Assembly (NCBI GenBank): GCA_035468285.1
Contig: DATISY010000007.1
Span: 19,826-83,825, forward strand
From: Acidimicrobiia bacterium
GTDB lineage: Bacteria; Actinomycetota; Acidimicrobiia; IMCC26256; PALSA-555
DNA: 64,000 nucleotides
Direction of reading: 5' to 3'
Below, one piece after another: positions 9,671 through 20,289 of this stretch (positions are counted from its first letter, which is position 1; the number at the start of each line of letters is the position of its first letter). A program made the position numbers and the translations under genes. Below the pieces are notes generated by a model. It saw only the letters and a program-made list of their open reading frames with translations, did no database searches and was not told where the DNA came from.

Positions 9671-11299
9671 TCATGCCGTCTCGGCGACGCGGGCGGCGGC
9701 GGTCGCGCGGGCCCAGCCGTAGTCGACCTTGCCGTTCGGTCCGCGCCGGATCTCGTCGACGACCACGATGTGACGGGGCCGCTTGAACCGGGCCAGCGCC
9801 GCACCCGCGGCCTTGAGCTGCTCGGGATCGACCGTCGCTCCGGGCTCGGCGGCGACGACCGCGGTGACCGCCTCGCCCCACCGGTCGTCGGGGACACCGA
9901 CCGCGACGCAGTCGGCGATGGTCGGGTCCAGCTTGATGGCTTCCTCGACTTCCTCGGGGTAGATCTTCTCGCCGCCGGAGTTGATGCACACCGAGCCTCG
10001 ACCGAGGAGCGTGATCGTCCCGTCGTCATCGACGGTCGCCCAGTCACCAGGGACGGAGTACCGCGCGCCGTCGAAGACCCGGAAGGTGGCGGCCGACTTG
10101 CCCGGGTCCTTGTAGTACCCCGCGGGGAGGTGCCCGCCGAGGGCCAGCATGCCCTGCTCGCCCGAACCGGGTCGCACGTCGCGCCCGTCTTCGGTCAGGA
10201 CCTTGGTCCGAGGACCGACACGGAACCGCGCCGTTCGGGCTGTGTCACCGGGTGCGGTGATGCTGCTCGCGAAACCGATGCCCTCGCTCGATCCGAGGCT
10301 GTCCAACAGCAGCATCGGTTGGCGGGCTTGCAGCTCGGCCTTCAACTCGGCGCTCCAGATCACCCCGCTGCTGATGATCAACCGCACGGCCGAGAGGTCA
10401 TATGGCTCCCCGCGCCCCTCGGCCTGTTCCAAGGCCCGCACCATGGGCTTCGCGAAGGCGTCTCCCACGATGGCCAGCTGGGAGACCTGCTCCCGAGCGA
10501 CGGTCCGCCAGAGCTCGTCGGCGTCGAAATGACGGCTCTCGAGCGTCACGATGCTGCCGCCGAGGAACAACGACTGGATCGTCGTCATCGCGCCAGTCCC
10601 GTGCATCAACGGCGACGCCGGCAGATGCGTGGGGGACAAGCCAGACGCGGCGATGCGAGCCGCCGCGGCCCCCGCATCCGCCGACGTGTCGGGGAGCGTC
10701 TCGCCGAAGAGCGGGTACGTGTTCTCCCCCAACGACCCGTAGAAGTCCTCGTTGCGCCACATGACACCCTTGGGCATCCCCGTCGTACCGCCCGTGTACA
10801 GGAACCACAGGTCGTCGCCTGACCGCCCGATCCGGGGGGCGGGCTCGTGGGCGGCGAGCAGCGTCTCGAACGGCACCGCGCCCTCGAGCAGCGGACTCCC
10901 GTCGTCGACCTGGACCACCAGGCGAAGCTTCGGGAGCCGGTCGCGGGCCTCGGCGACGTGCTCCGCCAGCGTGCCGTGGAAGACCAGCACCTCGGCGTCG
11001 GCGTTGTCGAGCAGGTAGGCGAGCTCGTCGGCGAGGTACCGGTAGTTCACGTTGACGTGCACCGCCCGTGCCTTCAACGACCCGTACATCGCCTCCATGA
11101 ACTCGTTGCTGTTGTAGAGGTACAACGCGACTTTCGAGTCGGGCTGCACACCGTGCGCGGCCAACGCCCCGGCGAACCGGGACGCCCGCTCGTCGAACGC
11201 CGTCCAGGTGTGGCGCCGTTCGCCCTGCACGATGGCGGTGCGGTCGGGCAAGGCATCACAGACCGATTCGAAGACCGTCGCAAGGTTCCAGTTGGGCAT
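9671..11299 (-). CDS. Acyl-CoA synthetase / AMP-dependent ligase (FadD-like)
   Basis: AMP-binding motifs YTGGTTGMPKGV, GDWATVDDDGTITLLGR and KVDY. Start chosen at MPNWNLATVFE (ATG 11299). The upstream part of the track ORF is Arg-rich. Confidence 0.8.
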   Translation of the reverse strand: MPNWNLATVFESVCDALPDRTAIVQGERRHTWTAFDERASRFAGALAAHGVQPDSKVALYLYNSNEFMEAMYGSLKARAVHVNVNYRYLADELAYLLDNADAEVLVFHGTLAEHVAEARDRLPKLRLVVQVDDGSPLLEGAVPFETLLAAHEPAPRIGRSGDDLWFLYTGGTTGMPKGVMWRNEDFYGSLGENTYPLFGETLPDTSADAGAAAARIAASGLSPTHLPASPLMHGTGAMTTIQSLFLGGSIVTLESRHFDADELWRTVAREQVSQLAIVGDAFAKPMVRALEQAEGRGEPYDLSAVRLIISSGVIWSAELKAELQARQPMLLLDSLGSSEGIGFASSITAPGDTARTARFRVGPRTKVLTEDGRDVRPGSGEQGMLALGGHLPAGYYKDPGKSAATFRVFDGARYSVPGDWATVDDDGTITLLGRGSVCINSGGEKIYPEEVEEAIKLDPTIADCVAVGVPDDRWGEAVTAVVAAEPGATVDPEQLKAAGAALARFKRPRHIVVVDEIRRGPNGKVDYGWARATAAARVAETA

Positions 11300-11314
11300 G
11301 GTGCTCCCGGATCG

Positions 11315-12040
11315 ATGTCGGCGGGAGCATACGCTCGCCTCGTGGCGGCGAAGCGGGGAGGCCAGCAGCGCATCCCCCGTCCGCCCTCGGCGCGCCCCGG
11401 GGACCTCGCCCCGTGGGCGCACCTCGACCCCGACGAGCGGCGCTTCAACCTCGCCGACGTCCGAGAAGCCTGCCGGCGCCTGCCCCCACCGCACCGGCCG
11501 GTGCCGCCACCGACGGCGCGGCCCGCCGCGGTGCTCGTCCCCATCTTCGACGCCGACGGGGAGGCCCGGGTCATCCTCACCAAGCGGCCCGAGACGATGC
11601 CGTCACATCGGGGGGAGATCGCCTTCCCCGGCGGCAAGCTCGAGACGGAGCGGGACGGGTCGCTCCGCGACGCCGCGCTGCGCGAAGCCAACGAGGAGAT
11701 CGGCCTCGACCCGAAGGGCGTCGACATCGTCGCCGAGCTCGACAGCCTCACCACCGTCGCGTCCCGGTTCGTCCTCACCCCGTTCGTCGGGCTCCTCTCG
11801 GGGCACCCCGAGCTGCACCGCGACCCCTCAGAGGTCGTCCGGATCTTCGACGTCCCGATCTCGGAGCTGCTCCGCGACGACGTCTACCGTGAGGAGCGCT
11901 GGGACATCCCGGCCGACCTCGGCATCAGCCCCGGACGGGACCGGGCCATCCACTTCTTCGAGCTCGCCGGCGAGACCGTGTGGGGCGCCACCGCCCGGAT
12001 CCTCGCCGGCTTCCTCGCCCATCTCACGGCGGGGCGATGA
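11315..12040 (+). CDS. NUDIX hydrolase, CoA pyrophosphatase type
   Basis: LTKRPETMPSHRGEIAFPGGK and Nudix box REANEEIGL. The start is uncertain, with ATG 11315, GTG 11342 and GTG 11501 all in frame. Divergent from the acyl-CoA synthetase gene. Confidence 0.7.
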   Translation: MSAGAYARLVAAKRGGQQRIPRPPSARPGDLAPWAHLDPDERRFNLADVREACRRLPPPHRPVPPPTARPAAVLVPIFDADGEARVILTKRPETMPSHRGEIAFPGGKLETERDGSLRDAALREANEEIGLDPKGVDIVAELDSLTTVASRFVLTPFVGLLSGHPELHRDPSEVVRIFDVPISELLRDDVYREERWDIPADLGISPGRDRAIHFFELAGETVWGATARILAGFLAHLTAGR

Positions 12041-12120
12041 GCCCCCCGCTTGGGCCTCCAGCCGACCCGCAGGCGAGCCGACACTCTCCCGAGGGCCATT
12101 CGAGCCCAGGAGGCGCGTGC

Positions 12121-12951
12121 ATGCAGACCCAGACCCGCGACGGCGGCGCTCCTCGCCGGGCCCGTCCCACGCGACGAACGCGACGCGGCTGGTGGGGCGT
12201 CGCCGGGGCGATCGTCGCGGGCGCGCTCGGGCTGACCGCCTGCGTCACACCCGCCCCCCCACCGGTCGGGTCCGGGACCATCATGGGCCCCAGCACGCTC
12301 ACCGCGGCGCAGATCGCGGCGTACGTCTGTGCCGTCGGACGATGCGCCACCTGGCTGCCCGAGATCTCACCGCAGCAGATGGCCCAGCTCTACATCGACG
12401 AAGGGAACGTCGTCGGCGTCCGGGGGGACATCGCCTTCGCCCAGTCCGTCCTCGAGACGGGATGGTTCGCGTTCCCCGGCTCCTCGCCCCAGAACACCGT
12501 CCCGCTGCCCGCGCCCGGCGACACCACGTTTCCCACCTCGGGGGTGCTCCCCCGGGACCACAACTACGCCGGGATCGGCGCGTTCCCGGGCAGCACCGTC
12601 TACATGCGCATGCCCACCCCCACCGACGGGATCCGGGCCCAGCTCCAGCACCTCCGCAACTACGCCGACGCGACCTCGCGCCACGACAACCTCGGCGCCC
12701 CCTTCGAGGCCCGCCCCGGCTACGACGCCAACGCCTTCGACCACTTCCTCTATAAGGGCCAAGCCCCCCGCTGGATCGATCTCGACGGCCGCTGGGCGGT
12801 CCCGGGCACCACCTACGGCCAGACCATCCTCAGCATCTACAACAACATGCGCACCTATGCCGGCCTCGCACCCATCTCGGCGTCTGGTCTCAGCGCCTCG
12901 TCGCTCCTCACCACCCAAGAGCTCCAAGCCACCACGACCAACCGGCACTGA
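12121..12951 (+). CDS. Putative lipoprotein with a glucosaminidase (PF01832)-like peptidoglycan hydrolase domain
   Basis: Signal peptide with lipobox-like LTAC. DIAFAQSVLETGWF...NYAGIGA resembles the AQxxxE(S/T)G...N..GI core of the mannosyl-glycoprotein endo-beta-N-acetylglucosaminidase/FlgJ family. Paralog of 55283..56437. Confidence 0.6.
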   Translation: MQTQTRDGGAPRRARPTRRTRRGWWGVAGAIVAGALGLTACVTPAPPPVGSGTIMGPSTLTAAQIAAYVCAVGRCATWLPEISPQQMAQLYIDEGNVVGVRGDIAFAQSVLETGWFAFPGSSPQNTVPLPAPGDTTFPTSGVLPRDHNYAGIGAFPGSTVYMRMPTPTDGIRAQLQHLRNYADATSRHDNLGAPFEARPGYDANAFDHFLYKGQAPRWIDLDGRWAVPGTTYGQTILSIYNNMRTYAGLAPISASGLSASSLLTTQELQATTTNRH

Positions 12952-12960
12952 CCCACCACC

Positions 12961-12995
12961 GCGACCGGCGGGGCGGAGCCCTTCACCGCGGTCGC
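12961..12995. terminator. GC-rich hairpin after the lipoprotein gene (possible terminator)
   Basis: gcgaccggcgg...ccgcggtcgc forms a stem of about 10 bp with one bulge and a 14-nt loop, 10 nt after the stop. There is no T-tract. Confidence 0.35.
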
Positions 12996-13044
12996 CGGTC
13001 CAGAACCGGGGTGGCGGTACCATCGCCCTTCTGGCAAGACGGGC

Positions 13045-14223
13045 GTGAGGAGCGACGTGGAAGTCGAGATCGGAATCGGCAAGGCAGCCCGACGGGCCTA
13101 CGGGTTCGACGAGATCGCCATCGTGCCCAGCCGACGCACCCGAGATCCCGAAGATGTCGACATCTCGTGGGAGATCGACGCGTACCCGTTCCAGCTGCCG
13201 CTCATCGCGGCCGCGATGGACGGCGTCGTGTCCCCCCGCACGGCGATCGACATCGGCAAGCTCGGCGGACTGGCCTGCCTCAACCTCGAAGGGCTCTGGA
13301 CCCGCTACGAGGACCCCGAGCCCCTGTTCGAGGAGATCGCCGAGCTTCCCGCCGAGAAGGCCACCCGACGCATGCAAGAGATCTACGCCGAGCCGATCCG
13401 CGAAGACCTCATCGAGGCCCGCATCCGCGAGATCAAGGCTGCCGGGGTCACCGCCTCGGCGTCGCTCACCCCCCAGCGCGTCGAGCAGTACGCCAAGCAT
13501 GTCCTCGACGCCGAGCTCGACCTCCTCGTCATCCAAGGCACCGTCGTGTCCGCCGAGCACGTCTCCAAAGACGAATCGCGCCAGCCCCTCAACCTGAAGA
13601 AGTTCATCCGCGAGTTCGACTTGCCCGTCATCGTCGGAGGCTGCGCCTCCTACTCCACCGCGCTGCACCTCATGCGCACCGGCGCAGTGGGGATCCTCGT
13701 CGGCGTCGGCCCCGGTCACGCCTGCACCAGCCGCGGGGTCCTCGGCATCGGTGTCCCCCAGGCCACCGCGATCGCCGACGCCGCCGGCGCCCGCATCCGC
13801 CACCTCGACGAGACTGGCGTGTACGTGCACGTCATCGCCGACGGTGGCATGCGCACCGGCGGTGACGTCGCCAAAGCAATCGCGTGCGGCGCCGACGCGG
13901 TGATGATCGGCTCGCCGCTCGCCCAAGCCTACGAAGCCCCCGGCCGCGGCTACCACTGGGGCATGGCCACTTTCCATCCGACCTTGCCGCGCGGTGCTCG
14001 TGTCTACGCGGGTCGCAACGCGTCCCTCGCCGAGATCCTCATCGGGCCAGCCCACGAGAACGACGGCACCCTGAACCTCTTCGGTGCTCTCCGCACCTCG
14101 ATGGCCACCACCGGGTACGAGACGCTCAAGGAGTTCCAGAAGGCCGAGGTCATGGTCGCGCCCGCGCTCAAAACCGAAGGCAAGATCCTCCAACGCGAGC
14201 AGCACATCGGCATGGGCCGCTAA
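13045..14223 (+). CDS. GuaB3-type IMP dehydrogenase-related protein
   Basis: [32 protein letters not shown] start and a TIM-barrel IMPDH-like core ([24 protein letters not shown]) with no CBS insert. About 390 aa and adjacent to guaA. Confidence 0.8.
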   Translation: MRSDVEVEIGIGKAARRAYGFDEIAIVPSRRTRDPEDVDISWEIDAYPFQLPLIAAAMDGVVSPRTAIDIGKLGGLACLNLEGLWTRYEDPEPLFEEIAELPAEKATRRMQEIYAEPIREDLIEARIREIKAAGVTASASLTPQRVEQYAKHVLDAELDLLVIQGTVVSAEHVSKDESRQPLNLKKFIREFDLPVIVGGCASYSTALHLMRTGAVGILVGVGPGHACTSRGVLGIGVPQATAIADAAGARIRHLDETGVYVHVIADGGMRTGGDVAKAIACGADAVMIGSPLAQAYEAPGRGYHWGMATFHPTLPRGARVYAGRNASLAEILIGPAHENDGTLNLFGALRTSMATTGYETLKEFQKAEVMVAPALKTEGKILQREQHIGMGR

Positions 14224-14233
14224 GCCCAGGCTC

Positions 14234-15775
14234 TTGACGCCTCAGCACGACACCGTTCTCGTCGTCGACTTCGGAGCTCAATACGCCCAGCTGATCGCTC
14301 GGCGGGTCCGCGAGGCGCGGGTGTACTCCGAGATCGTCCCTCGCACCATGCCGCTCGACGAGATGCTGGCCAAGCGCCCACGCGGGATCATCTTCTCGGG
14401 CGGTCCCGCATCGGTGCACGTCGACGGCGCCCCGTCCATCGACGCGTCTGTGTACAAGGCCGGTGTGCCGATTCTCGGCATCTGCTACGGGGCCCAGCTC
14501 GCCGCGCTCCAGCTTGGCGGTCACGTGCAGCGCACCGGCGGCGGCGAATACGGGCGCACCCCCATGACACGGACCGAGGCCCCGTCGCTCCTCCTCAGCG
14601 ACAGCCCCGGTGACCAGGTCGCCTGGATGAGCCACGGCGACGCGATCGCCGTTCCACCCGAGGGCGCCGTCGTCACCGCAACGACCCCGGGCGCGCCGGT
14701 CGCTGCGTTCGAGGACCGCGACCACGCTCTGTTCGGCGTTCAGTTCCACCCTGAGGTCGTCCACACCGAACGCGGCCGCGAGGTGCTCCACGCCTTCCTG
14801 TTCGAGGTCTGCGGCTGCCGACCGACCTGGACCCACACCTCGATCATCGACGACGGCGTCACCGCGGTGCGGACCCAGGTCGGCGACGCCCGCGTCATCT
14901 GCGGCCTCTCCGGCGGTGTGGACTCCGCCGTCGCGGCCGCGCTCGTCCACAAGGCGATCGGCGACCAGCTGACCTGCGTCTTCGTTGACACCGGGCTGCT
15001 CCGCCTGGGAGAAGCCGACCAGGTCGAAGAGACGTTCCGGCGCCAGTTCCACGTCGACCTCGTGCACGTCAAGGCCGCCGACCGGTTCCTCGACGCCCTC
15101 AGCGACGTGTCCGATCCTGAGCAGAAGCGCAAGATCATCGGCGCGACGTTCATCCGCGTGTTCGAGGAAGTCGCCGCCGAGCTTTCCGACGCGGCGTACC
15201 TCGTCCAAGGCACCCTCTACCCCGACATCGTCGAATCGGGGGGTGCCGACAACGCCACGATCAAGTCGCACCACAACGTCGGGGGGCTCCCCGACGACAT
15301 GCGCTTCGAGCTCGTCGAGCCGTTGCGCAACCTGTTCAAGGACGAGGTGCGAGCCATCGGCGAAGAGCTCGGGCTCCCCGACGAGATCGTGTGGCGCCAG
15401 CCGTTCCCCGGTCCGGGCCTCGCGGTCCGCATCATCGGAGAGGTGACCCCGGACCGGCTCGAGACCCTTCGCCGGGCCGACCATGTCGTCACCGAAGAAG
15501 TCCGGCGCGCCGGCCTGTATCGTGAGCTCTGGCAGAGCTTCGCGGTGCTACCGGCGGTGCGGACCGTCGGAGTCATGGGCGACGGTCGCACCTACGAGTA
15601 CCCGATCGTGGTCCGGGCCGTGACCTCGGAGGATGCGATGACAGCGGACTGGGCTCGACTCCCACACGACGTGCTGGAGCGCATCGCGTCGCGGATCATC
15701 AACGAGGTTCCCGGCGTCAACCGCGTCGCGTACGACATCACCAGCAAGCCACCCGGCACCATCGAGTGGGAGTGA
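14234..15775 (+). CDS. guaA: GMP synthase (glutamine-hydrolysing)
   Basis: GATase ([24 protein letters not shown]) plus ATP-PPase SGGVDS and the C-terminal PPGTIEWE. The only in-frame start after the guaB3 stop is TTG 14234. The track start at 14084 lies inside guaB3. Confidence 0.9.
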   Translation: MTPQHDTVLVVDFGAQYAQLIARRVREARVYSEIVPRTMPLDEMLAKRPRGIIFSGGPASVHVDGAPSIDASVYKAGVPILGICYGAQLAALQLGGHVQRTGGGEYGRTPMTRTEAPSLLLSDSPGDQVAWMSHGDAIAVPPEGAVVTATTPGAPVAAFEDRDHALFGVQFHPEVVHTERGREVLHAFLFEVCGCRPTWTHTSIIDDGVTAVRTQVGDARVICGLSGGVDSAVAAALVHKAIGDQLTCVFVDTGLLRLGEADQVEETFRRQFHVDLVHVKAADRFLDALSDVSDPEQKRKIIGATFIRVFEEVAAELSDAAYLVQGTLYPDIVESGGADNATIKSHHNVGGLPDDMRFELVEPLRNLFKDEVRAIGEELGLPDEIVWRQPFPGPGLAVRIIGEVTPDRLETLRRADHVVTEEVRRAGLYRELWQSFAVLPAVRTVGVMGDGRTYEYPIVVRAVTSEDAMTADWARLPHDVLERIASRIINEVPGVNRVAYDITSKPPGTIEWE

Positions 15776-15780
15776 ACCCA

Positions 15781-16803
15781 ATGGACACCAACAGCCTCGA
15801 AGCGACCGCCCGCGCGCTCGTTGCCCCCGGCAAGGGGATCCTCGCCGCCGACGAGAGCACCGGCACCATCAAGAAGCGCTTCGACACGATCGGCGTCGAC
15901 AACGTCGAGGAGAACCGGCAGGCCTACCGCGACCTCCTCTTCACCGCCGACGGCATCGGCGACTACATCAGCGGCGTCATCCTCTACGACGAGACCATCC
16001 GTCAGGTCGGCCTCGACGGCACCCCGTTCCCCACGGTGCTCGAGAGCCGAGGGGTGATCCCGGGCATCAAGGTCGACACCGGCGCCAAGCCCCTCGCGCT
16101 CGCCGACGCCGGGGAGACCGTCACCGAAGGGCTCGACGGGCTCCGCGACCGGCTCGCCGAATACCGGTCACTCGGTGCTCGCTTCGCCAAGTGGCGCGCC
16201 ACCTACCTCATCACCGACGCCCTCCCGTCGCAGTACGCGATCGACGTCAACGCCGACGCCCTCGCTCGGTACGCCGCGCTCTGCCAGGAGGCCGGAATCG
16301 TCCCCATCGTCGAGCCCGAAGTGATGATGGAAGGGAGCCATACCATCGACCGGTCCGCCGTGGTCAGCGCGGCCACCCTCGAGGCCCTCTACCACGCCCT
16401 CTACGAGCAGCGCCTCCATCTTCCCGGGACGCTCCTCAAGCCCAACATGGTCCTGTCGGGCTACGACGCATCCGTGCAGGCGTCGGTGGACGACGTCGCC
16501 GACCAGACCCTCGAGGTCTTCTCCGCCCATGTACCCGGGGCGGTGCCCGGCATCGTGTTCTTGTCCGGCGGCCAGACCGACGAGGACGCCACCGCGCACC
16601 TGGACGCGATGAACAAGCGCGGCCCGCATCCGTGGGAGCTCAGCTTCTCGTACGGCCGCGCCCTCCAAGCGGCGGCGCTGCAGGCATGGCGGGGCGACCC
16701 GGCCAATCGGCGCGCCGCCCAGGCCGCGTTCCTCCACCGGGCCAAGTTCAACAGCTTGGCCCGCTCCGGGAAGTACTCGCCCGACATGGAGCAGGCGGCC
16801 TAA
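15781..16803 (+). CDS. Fructose-bisphosphate aldolase, class I
   Basis: [25 protein letters not shown] (Schiff-base Lys region) and SFSYGRALQ are class I FBA hallmarks. Confidence 0.85.
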   Translation: MDTNSLEATARALVAPGKGILAADESTGTIKKRFDTIGVDNVEENRQAYRDLLFTADGIGDYISGVILYDETIRQVGLDGTPFPTVLESRGVIPGIKVDTGAKPLALADAGETVTEGLDGLRDRLAEYRSLGARFAKWRATYLITDALPSQYAIDVNADALARYAALCQEAGIVPIVEPEVMMEGSHTIDRSAVVSAATLEALYHALYEQRLHLPGTLLKPNMVLSGYDASVQASVDDVADQTLEVFSAHVPGAVPGIVFLSGGQTDEDATAHLDAMNKRGPHPWELSFSYGRALQAAALQAWRGDPANRRAAQAAFLHRAKFNSLARSGKYSPDMEQAA

Positions 16804-16823
16804 CCCCGCCCGGCACGCCGGTC

Positions 16824-17261
16824 GTGCGGGCACTCGTCCAGCGCGTCACGGAGGCCCGAGTCCGCGTCGATGGTGCCGTCATCGGCGAGATCGGCGTCGG
16901 GCTCTGTGTGTTCGTCGGCGTCACCCATGACGACGATGCCGCCCGCGCGCACCGGCTCGCCCAAAAGGTCTGGCAGCTCCGCGTCTTCACCGACGACGCC
17001 GGGGTGATGAACCGGTCCCTCGCCGAGACCACGGGCGCCACCCTCGTCGTCAGCCAGTTCACGCTCTACGGCGACACGGCCCGGGGGCGCCGGCCGTCCT
17101 GGAGCGCAGCGGCGCCTCCCGCCGACGCCGAGCCACTCGTGACCGCGTTCACCGACGCGCTCCGCGCGCTCGGCGGGACCGTCGCCACCGGCCGGTTCGG
17201 TGCCGACATGGCCGTCGAGCTCACCAATGACGGGCCGGTCACCCTGCTCCTCGAGGTTTGA
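16824..17261 (+). CDS. dtd: D-aminoacyl-tRNA deacylase
   Basis: VRALVQRV..., VSQFTLYGD and [11 protein letters not shown]. 145 aa from GTG 16824. Confidence 0.9.
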   Translation: MRALVQRVTEARVRVDGAVIGEIGVGLCVFVGVTHDDDAARAHRLAQKVWQLRVFTDDAGVMNRSLAETTGATLVVSQFTLYGDTARGRRPSWSAAAPPADAEPLVTAFTDALRALGGTVATGRFGADMAVELTNDGPVTLLLEV

Positions 17262-17340
17262 CTGACACCCCGTCCGACACCGCGCCGTGCCCGAACACGT
17301 GTACGGGGCGGCCCGGGTCCGCCAGTACCATGGTTCGGTC

Positions 17341-19689
17341 ATGACTTCCGTTCCTGCCGCATCCGCACCGGCGGAGGAACGGGACCGAGTCGAGCAGCTC
17401 CTCGCCGGCCTCAACCCGGTCCAACGCGAAGCGACCGCCGCGCCCGACGGGCCGCTGCTCATCGTGGCCGGTGCCGGCTCGGGCAAGACCCGCGTCCTCA
17501 CGCACCGGATCGCCTATCTGATCGCCACCGGGCGGGTCTCGCCGTTCAACCTCCTCGCCATCACCTTCACCAACAAGGCCGCGGGGGAGATGAAGCAACG
17601 GGTCGCGACACTCGTCGGTCCCGTCGCGCACCGCATGTGGGTCTCGACCTTCCACTCGGCGTGCGCCCGGATCCTGCGTCGCGAGGCCACCCGCGTCGGG
17701 CTCCGCTCCTCGTTCACCATCTACGACCAGTCCGACGCGGTGCGCCTCACCGACTACGTGCGACGCGACCTCAACCTGGATCCGAAGCGGTTCCCGCCCC
17801 GCCAGCTCCACGCCCGGATCTCGGCGTTGAAGAACGACCTGGTCGGCCCGGCCGAAGCGGTGGCCGCGGCGGCCTCCAAGCCCGAGCAGCGCTACGCCGA
17901 GGTGTACGTCGAGTACCAGCGGCGCCTGCTCGAGGCGTCCGCCGTCGACTTCGACGACCTCCTGCTCCTCGCCGTGCGCCTGTTCCAGGATCACCCCGAC
18001 GCGCTCAAGCGATGGCAGCACCGGTTCGCGCACGTCCTCGTCGACGAGTTCCAAGACACCAACGCCGCACAGTGGGAGCTCGTCCGGCTCCTCACGTCCG
18101 AATCCCGCAACGTGATGGTGGTCGGCGACCACGACCAGGCCGTCTACGGGTTCCGGGGCGCGGACTACCGGAACCTGGTCCGGTTCGAGGAGACGTTCCC
18201 CGACGCCACCGTGATCGTCCTCGAGCAGAACTACCGGTCGACGCAGGCCATCCTCGACGCCGCCAACGCGGTCATCGCCAACAACGCCGCCCGGCGACCC
18301 AAGCACCTGTGGACCGAGCAGATCGGCGGTGAGCTCCTCACCCAGTATCAGGCCGAGGACGAGCACGACGAAGCGATCTTCTGCGCCCACGAGGTGATGC
18401 GCCTCACCGACACCGATGGCTACCGGTTCCGTGACCTGGCGGTCTTCTACCGGACGAACGCGCAGAGCCGCGTCATCGAGGAGATGTTCGTCCGGGCTGG
18501 GATCCCATACCGGGTGGTCGGCGGCGTCCGCTTCTACGACCGCCGTGAGATCAAGGACACGCTCTCGTATCTCCGGGCGATCGTGAACCCCGACGACGAA
18601 GTCTCGTGGAAGCGGATCGTCAACGTCCCGAAACGGGGCGTCGGTGACACGTCCGTCGCGAAGGTCGATGCCTACGCCCGCGCATCCGGGATCACCTTCC
18701 GTGATGCGCTCCGCGAGGCCGCCATCGCCGGTGTCACCGGTCGCGCCCTCGGGGGCATCGACGACCTGTTGACGCTCGTCGGGCTGTTCGAACGGGCTGC
18801 CGAGGACGGCGTGGCCCGCACCATCGAATCGATCCTCGAACACTCCGGCTACCTCGCGGAGCTCGAGGCCGAACGGTCCATCGAGGCGCAGGGCCGGATC
18901 GAGAACCTCCAAGAGCTCATCGGCGTCGGCCGCGAGTTCGACGCCGCGCTCGACGCCGGTGACCTCACCGGGCTGCCGGCCATCGCAGGGGTGGGCAGCA
19001 CCGCCGAAGGTGGCGGTTCCACCGACGCCGCCGTGATCGTCCCGACCGGGCTGGACCGGATCCAGGCGTTCCTCGAGGCCGTCTCCCTCGTCACCGACCT
19101 CGACACCGAGGACGGTGACGGCGAGGACCACAGTGCGGTCACCCTCATGACCCTCCACGCCGCGAAGGGCCTCGAGTACCCCGTCGTGTTCATCGCCGGC
19201 ATGGAAGACGGCGTCTTCCCGCACCTGCGCAGCCTCGGCGATCCCGACGCGCTCGAGGAGGAACGACGCCTCTGCTACGTCGGGATCACCCGCGCCCGGG
19301 AGCGGCTCTACCTCTGCCACGCCTGGCGGCGCACCCTGTACGGGATGACGGACTACTACTCGCCGAGCCGGTTTCTCGCCGAGATCCCCGAAGAGCTCGT
19401 GCACCGCATCGGCGAGGAGCGCGCCCGAGGCGGCGGCGTCAGCGCCCACCGGGAGGCCGTCGTCGACGCTGCGCTGCAGCGCGCCGCCCCCGCGGCGGGT
19501 GGCGCGAGCGGCGCCCAGCATCTCGGGATCAAGATCGGTGACGACGTGGTCCACGACACCTTCGGGGAAGGCGTCGTGATCGACCTCGAGGGGCGCGGCG
19601 ACTCGATCGAAGCGGTCGTGCAGTTCCGCGACGTCGGGGAGAAGCGCCTCCTGCTCGCCTGGGCGCCGCTGCGCCGCGCCGACACGTAG
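17341..19689 (+). CDS. pcrA: ATP-dependent DNA helicase PcrA/UvrD (superfamily 1)
   Basis: AGAGSGKT, TFTNKAA, DEFQDTN, NYRS, TLHAAKGLEYPVVF and YVGITRA motifs. An alternative start is at 17287. Confidence 0.85.
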   Translation: MTSVPAASAPAEERDRVEQLLAGLNPVQREATAAPDGPLLIVAGAGSGKTRVLTHRIAYLIATGRVSPFNLLAITFTNKAAGEMKQRVATLVGPVAHRMWVSTFHSACARILRREATRVGLRSSFTIYDQSDAVRLTDYVRRDLNLDPKRFPPRQLHARISALKNDLVGPAEAVAAAASKPEQRYAEVYVEYQRRLLEASAVDFDDLLLLAVRLFQDHPDALKRWQHRFAHVLVDEFQDTNAAQWELVRLLTSESRNVMVVGDHDQAVYGFRGADYRNLVRFEETFPDATVIVLEQNYRSTQAILDAANAVIANNAARRPKHLWTEQIGGELLTQYQAEDEHDEAIFCAHEVMRLTDTDGYRFRDLAVFYRTNAQSRVIEEMFVRAGIPYRVVGGVRFYDRREIKDTLSYLRAIVNPDDEVSWKRIVNVPKRGVGDTSVAKVDAYARASGITFRDALREAAIAGVTGRALGGIDDLLTLVGLFERAAEDGVARTIESILEHSGYLAELEAERSIEAQGRIENLQELIGVGREFDAALDAGDLTGLPAIAGVGSTAEGGGSTDAAVIVPTGLDRIQAFLEAVSLVTDLDTEDGDGEDHSAVTLMTLHAAKGLEYPVVFIAGMEDGVFPHLRSLGDPDALEEERRLCYVGITRARERLYLCHAWRRTLYGMTDYYSPSRFLAEIPEELVHRIGEERARGGGVSAHREAVVDAALQRAAPAAGGASGAQHLGIKIGDDVVHDTFGEGVVIDLEGRGDSIEAVVQFRDVGEKRLLLAWAPLRRADT

Positions 19690-19725
19690 CGCACGACGAC
19701 GTCCGTCGCCCGGGCGCACCCGGCG

Positions 19726-20175
19726 TCAGCGGGGCAGGGGCTGCGGTGCGGGGTCCACGTGACGAAAGTCCACGATCACGCCGCCCTGCTGGCTACCGAC
19801 CTTCGGGAACTGCAGCGCGTACCGGTCCAGCTGGCGGGCCGTGAGGAGCCGGTCGTGGCAGTCGAAGTAGCCGCGGCTCAGGTTCCGCCACGCCACCGTG
19901 CACGACGGTGAGCCCGGGATCCGGGCCACCAGCGCAACGAGGTGGCCCGCCTCCACGTCGAGCCAGAAGCCGGTGCCGCCGAACGGGTGCGCGAAGTACA
20001 GCCGGGGCCCCTGGTCCAGCGTGCTGCGCAGATCGCTCTCCAACCCGATGTAGACGGGCTTGGGGGTCGGGGTTCCCTGCGCCCCGCCCGTCGCGAAGTA
20101 CAACAAGGCCCCCACCAGGAGCGCGGCGAGCACCACGAACGAGCCGGTCACGAGCAGCAGACGCCGGTCCGACAT
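19726..20175 (-). CDS. Hypothetical membrane-anchored protein
   Basis: [27 protein letters not shown] forms one N-terminal TM helix, followed by a soluble domain of about 110 aa. GC3-rich. The upstream part of track ORF 19726..20775 is antisense to the B12-domain gene. Confidence 0.5.
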   Translation of the reverse strand: MSDRRLLLVTGSFVVLAALLVGALLYFATGGAQGTPTPKPVYIGLESDLRSTLDQGPRLYFAHPFGGTGFWLDVEAGHLVALVARIPGSPSCTVAWRNLSRGYFDCHDRLLTARQLDRYALQFPKVGSQQGGVIVDFRHVDPAPQPLPR

Positions 20176-20289
20176 TGCGGGGGGCACGGCCCTTTGGTAC
20201 CTGGGTTGGCTGGCCGGGTCCAGTCGGGGCTGCATACGCTGGCGCCCCACCCGCCGAGGACCGGCGAGGGACCACCGAGGTGTCAGCCC

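Noticed and set aside
20176-20289. Possible cobalamin riboswitch upstream of the B12-binding-domain gene.
   Set aside because: The gap is only 114 nt, and no B12-box-like element (as I recall that motif) or the usual conserved GGGAA/GCCACTG-type segments are visible.
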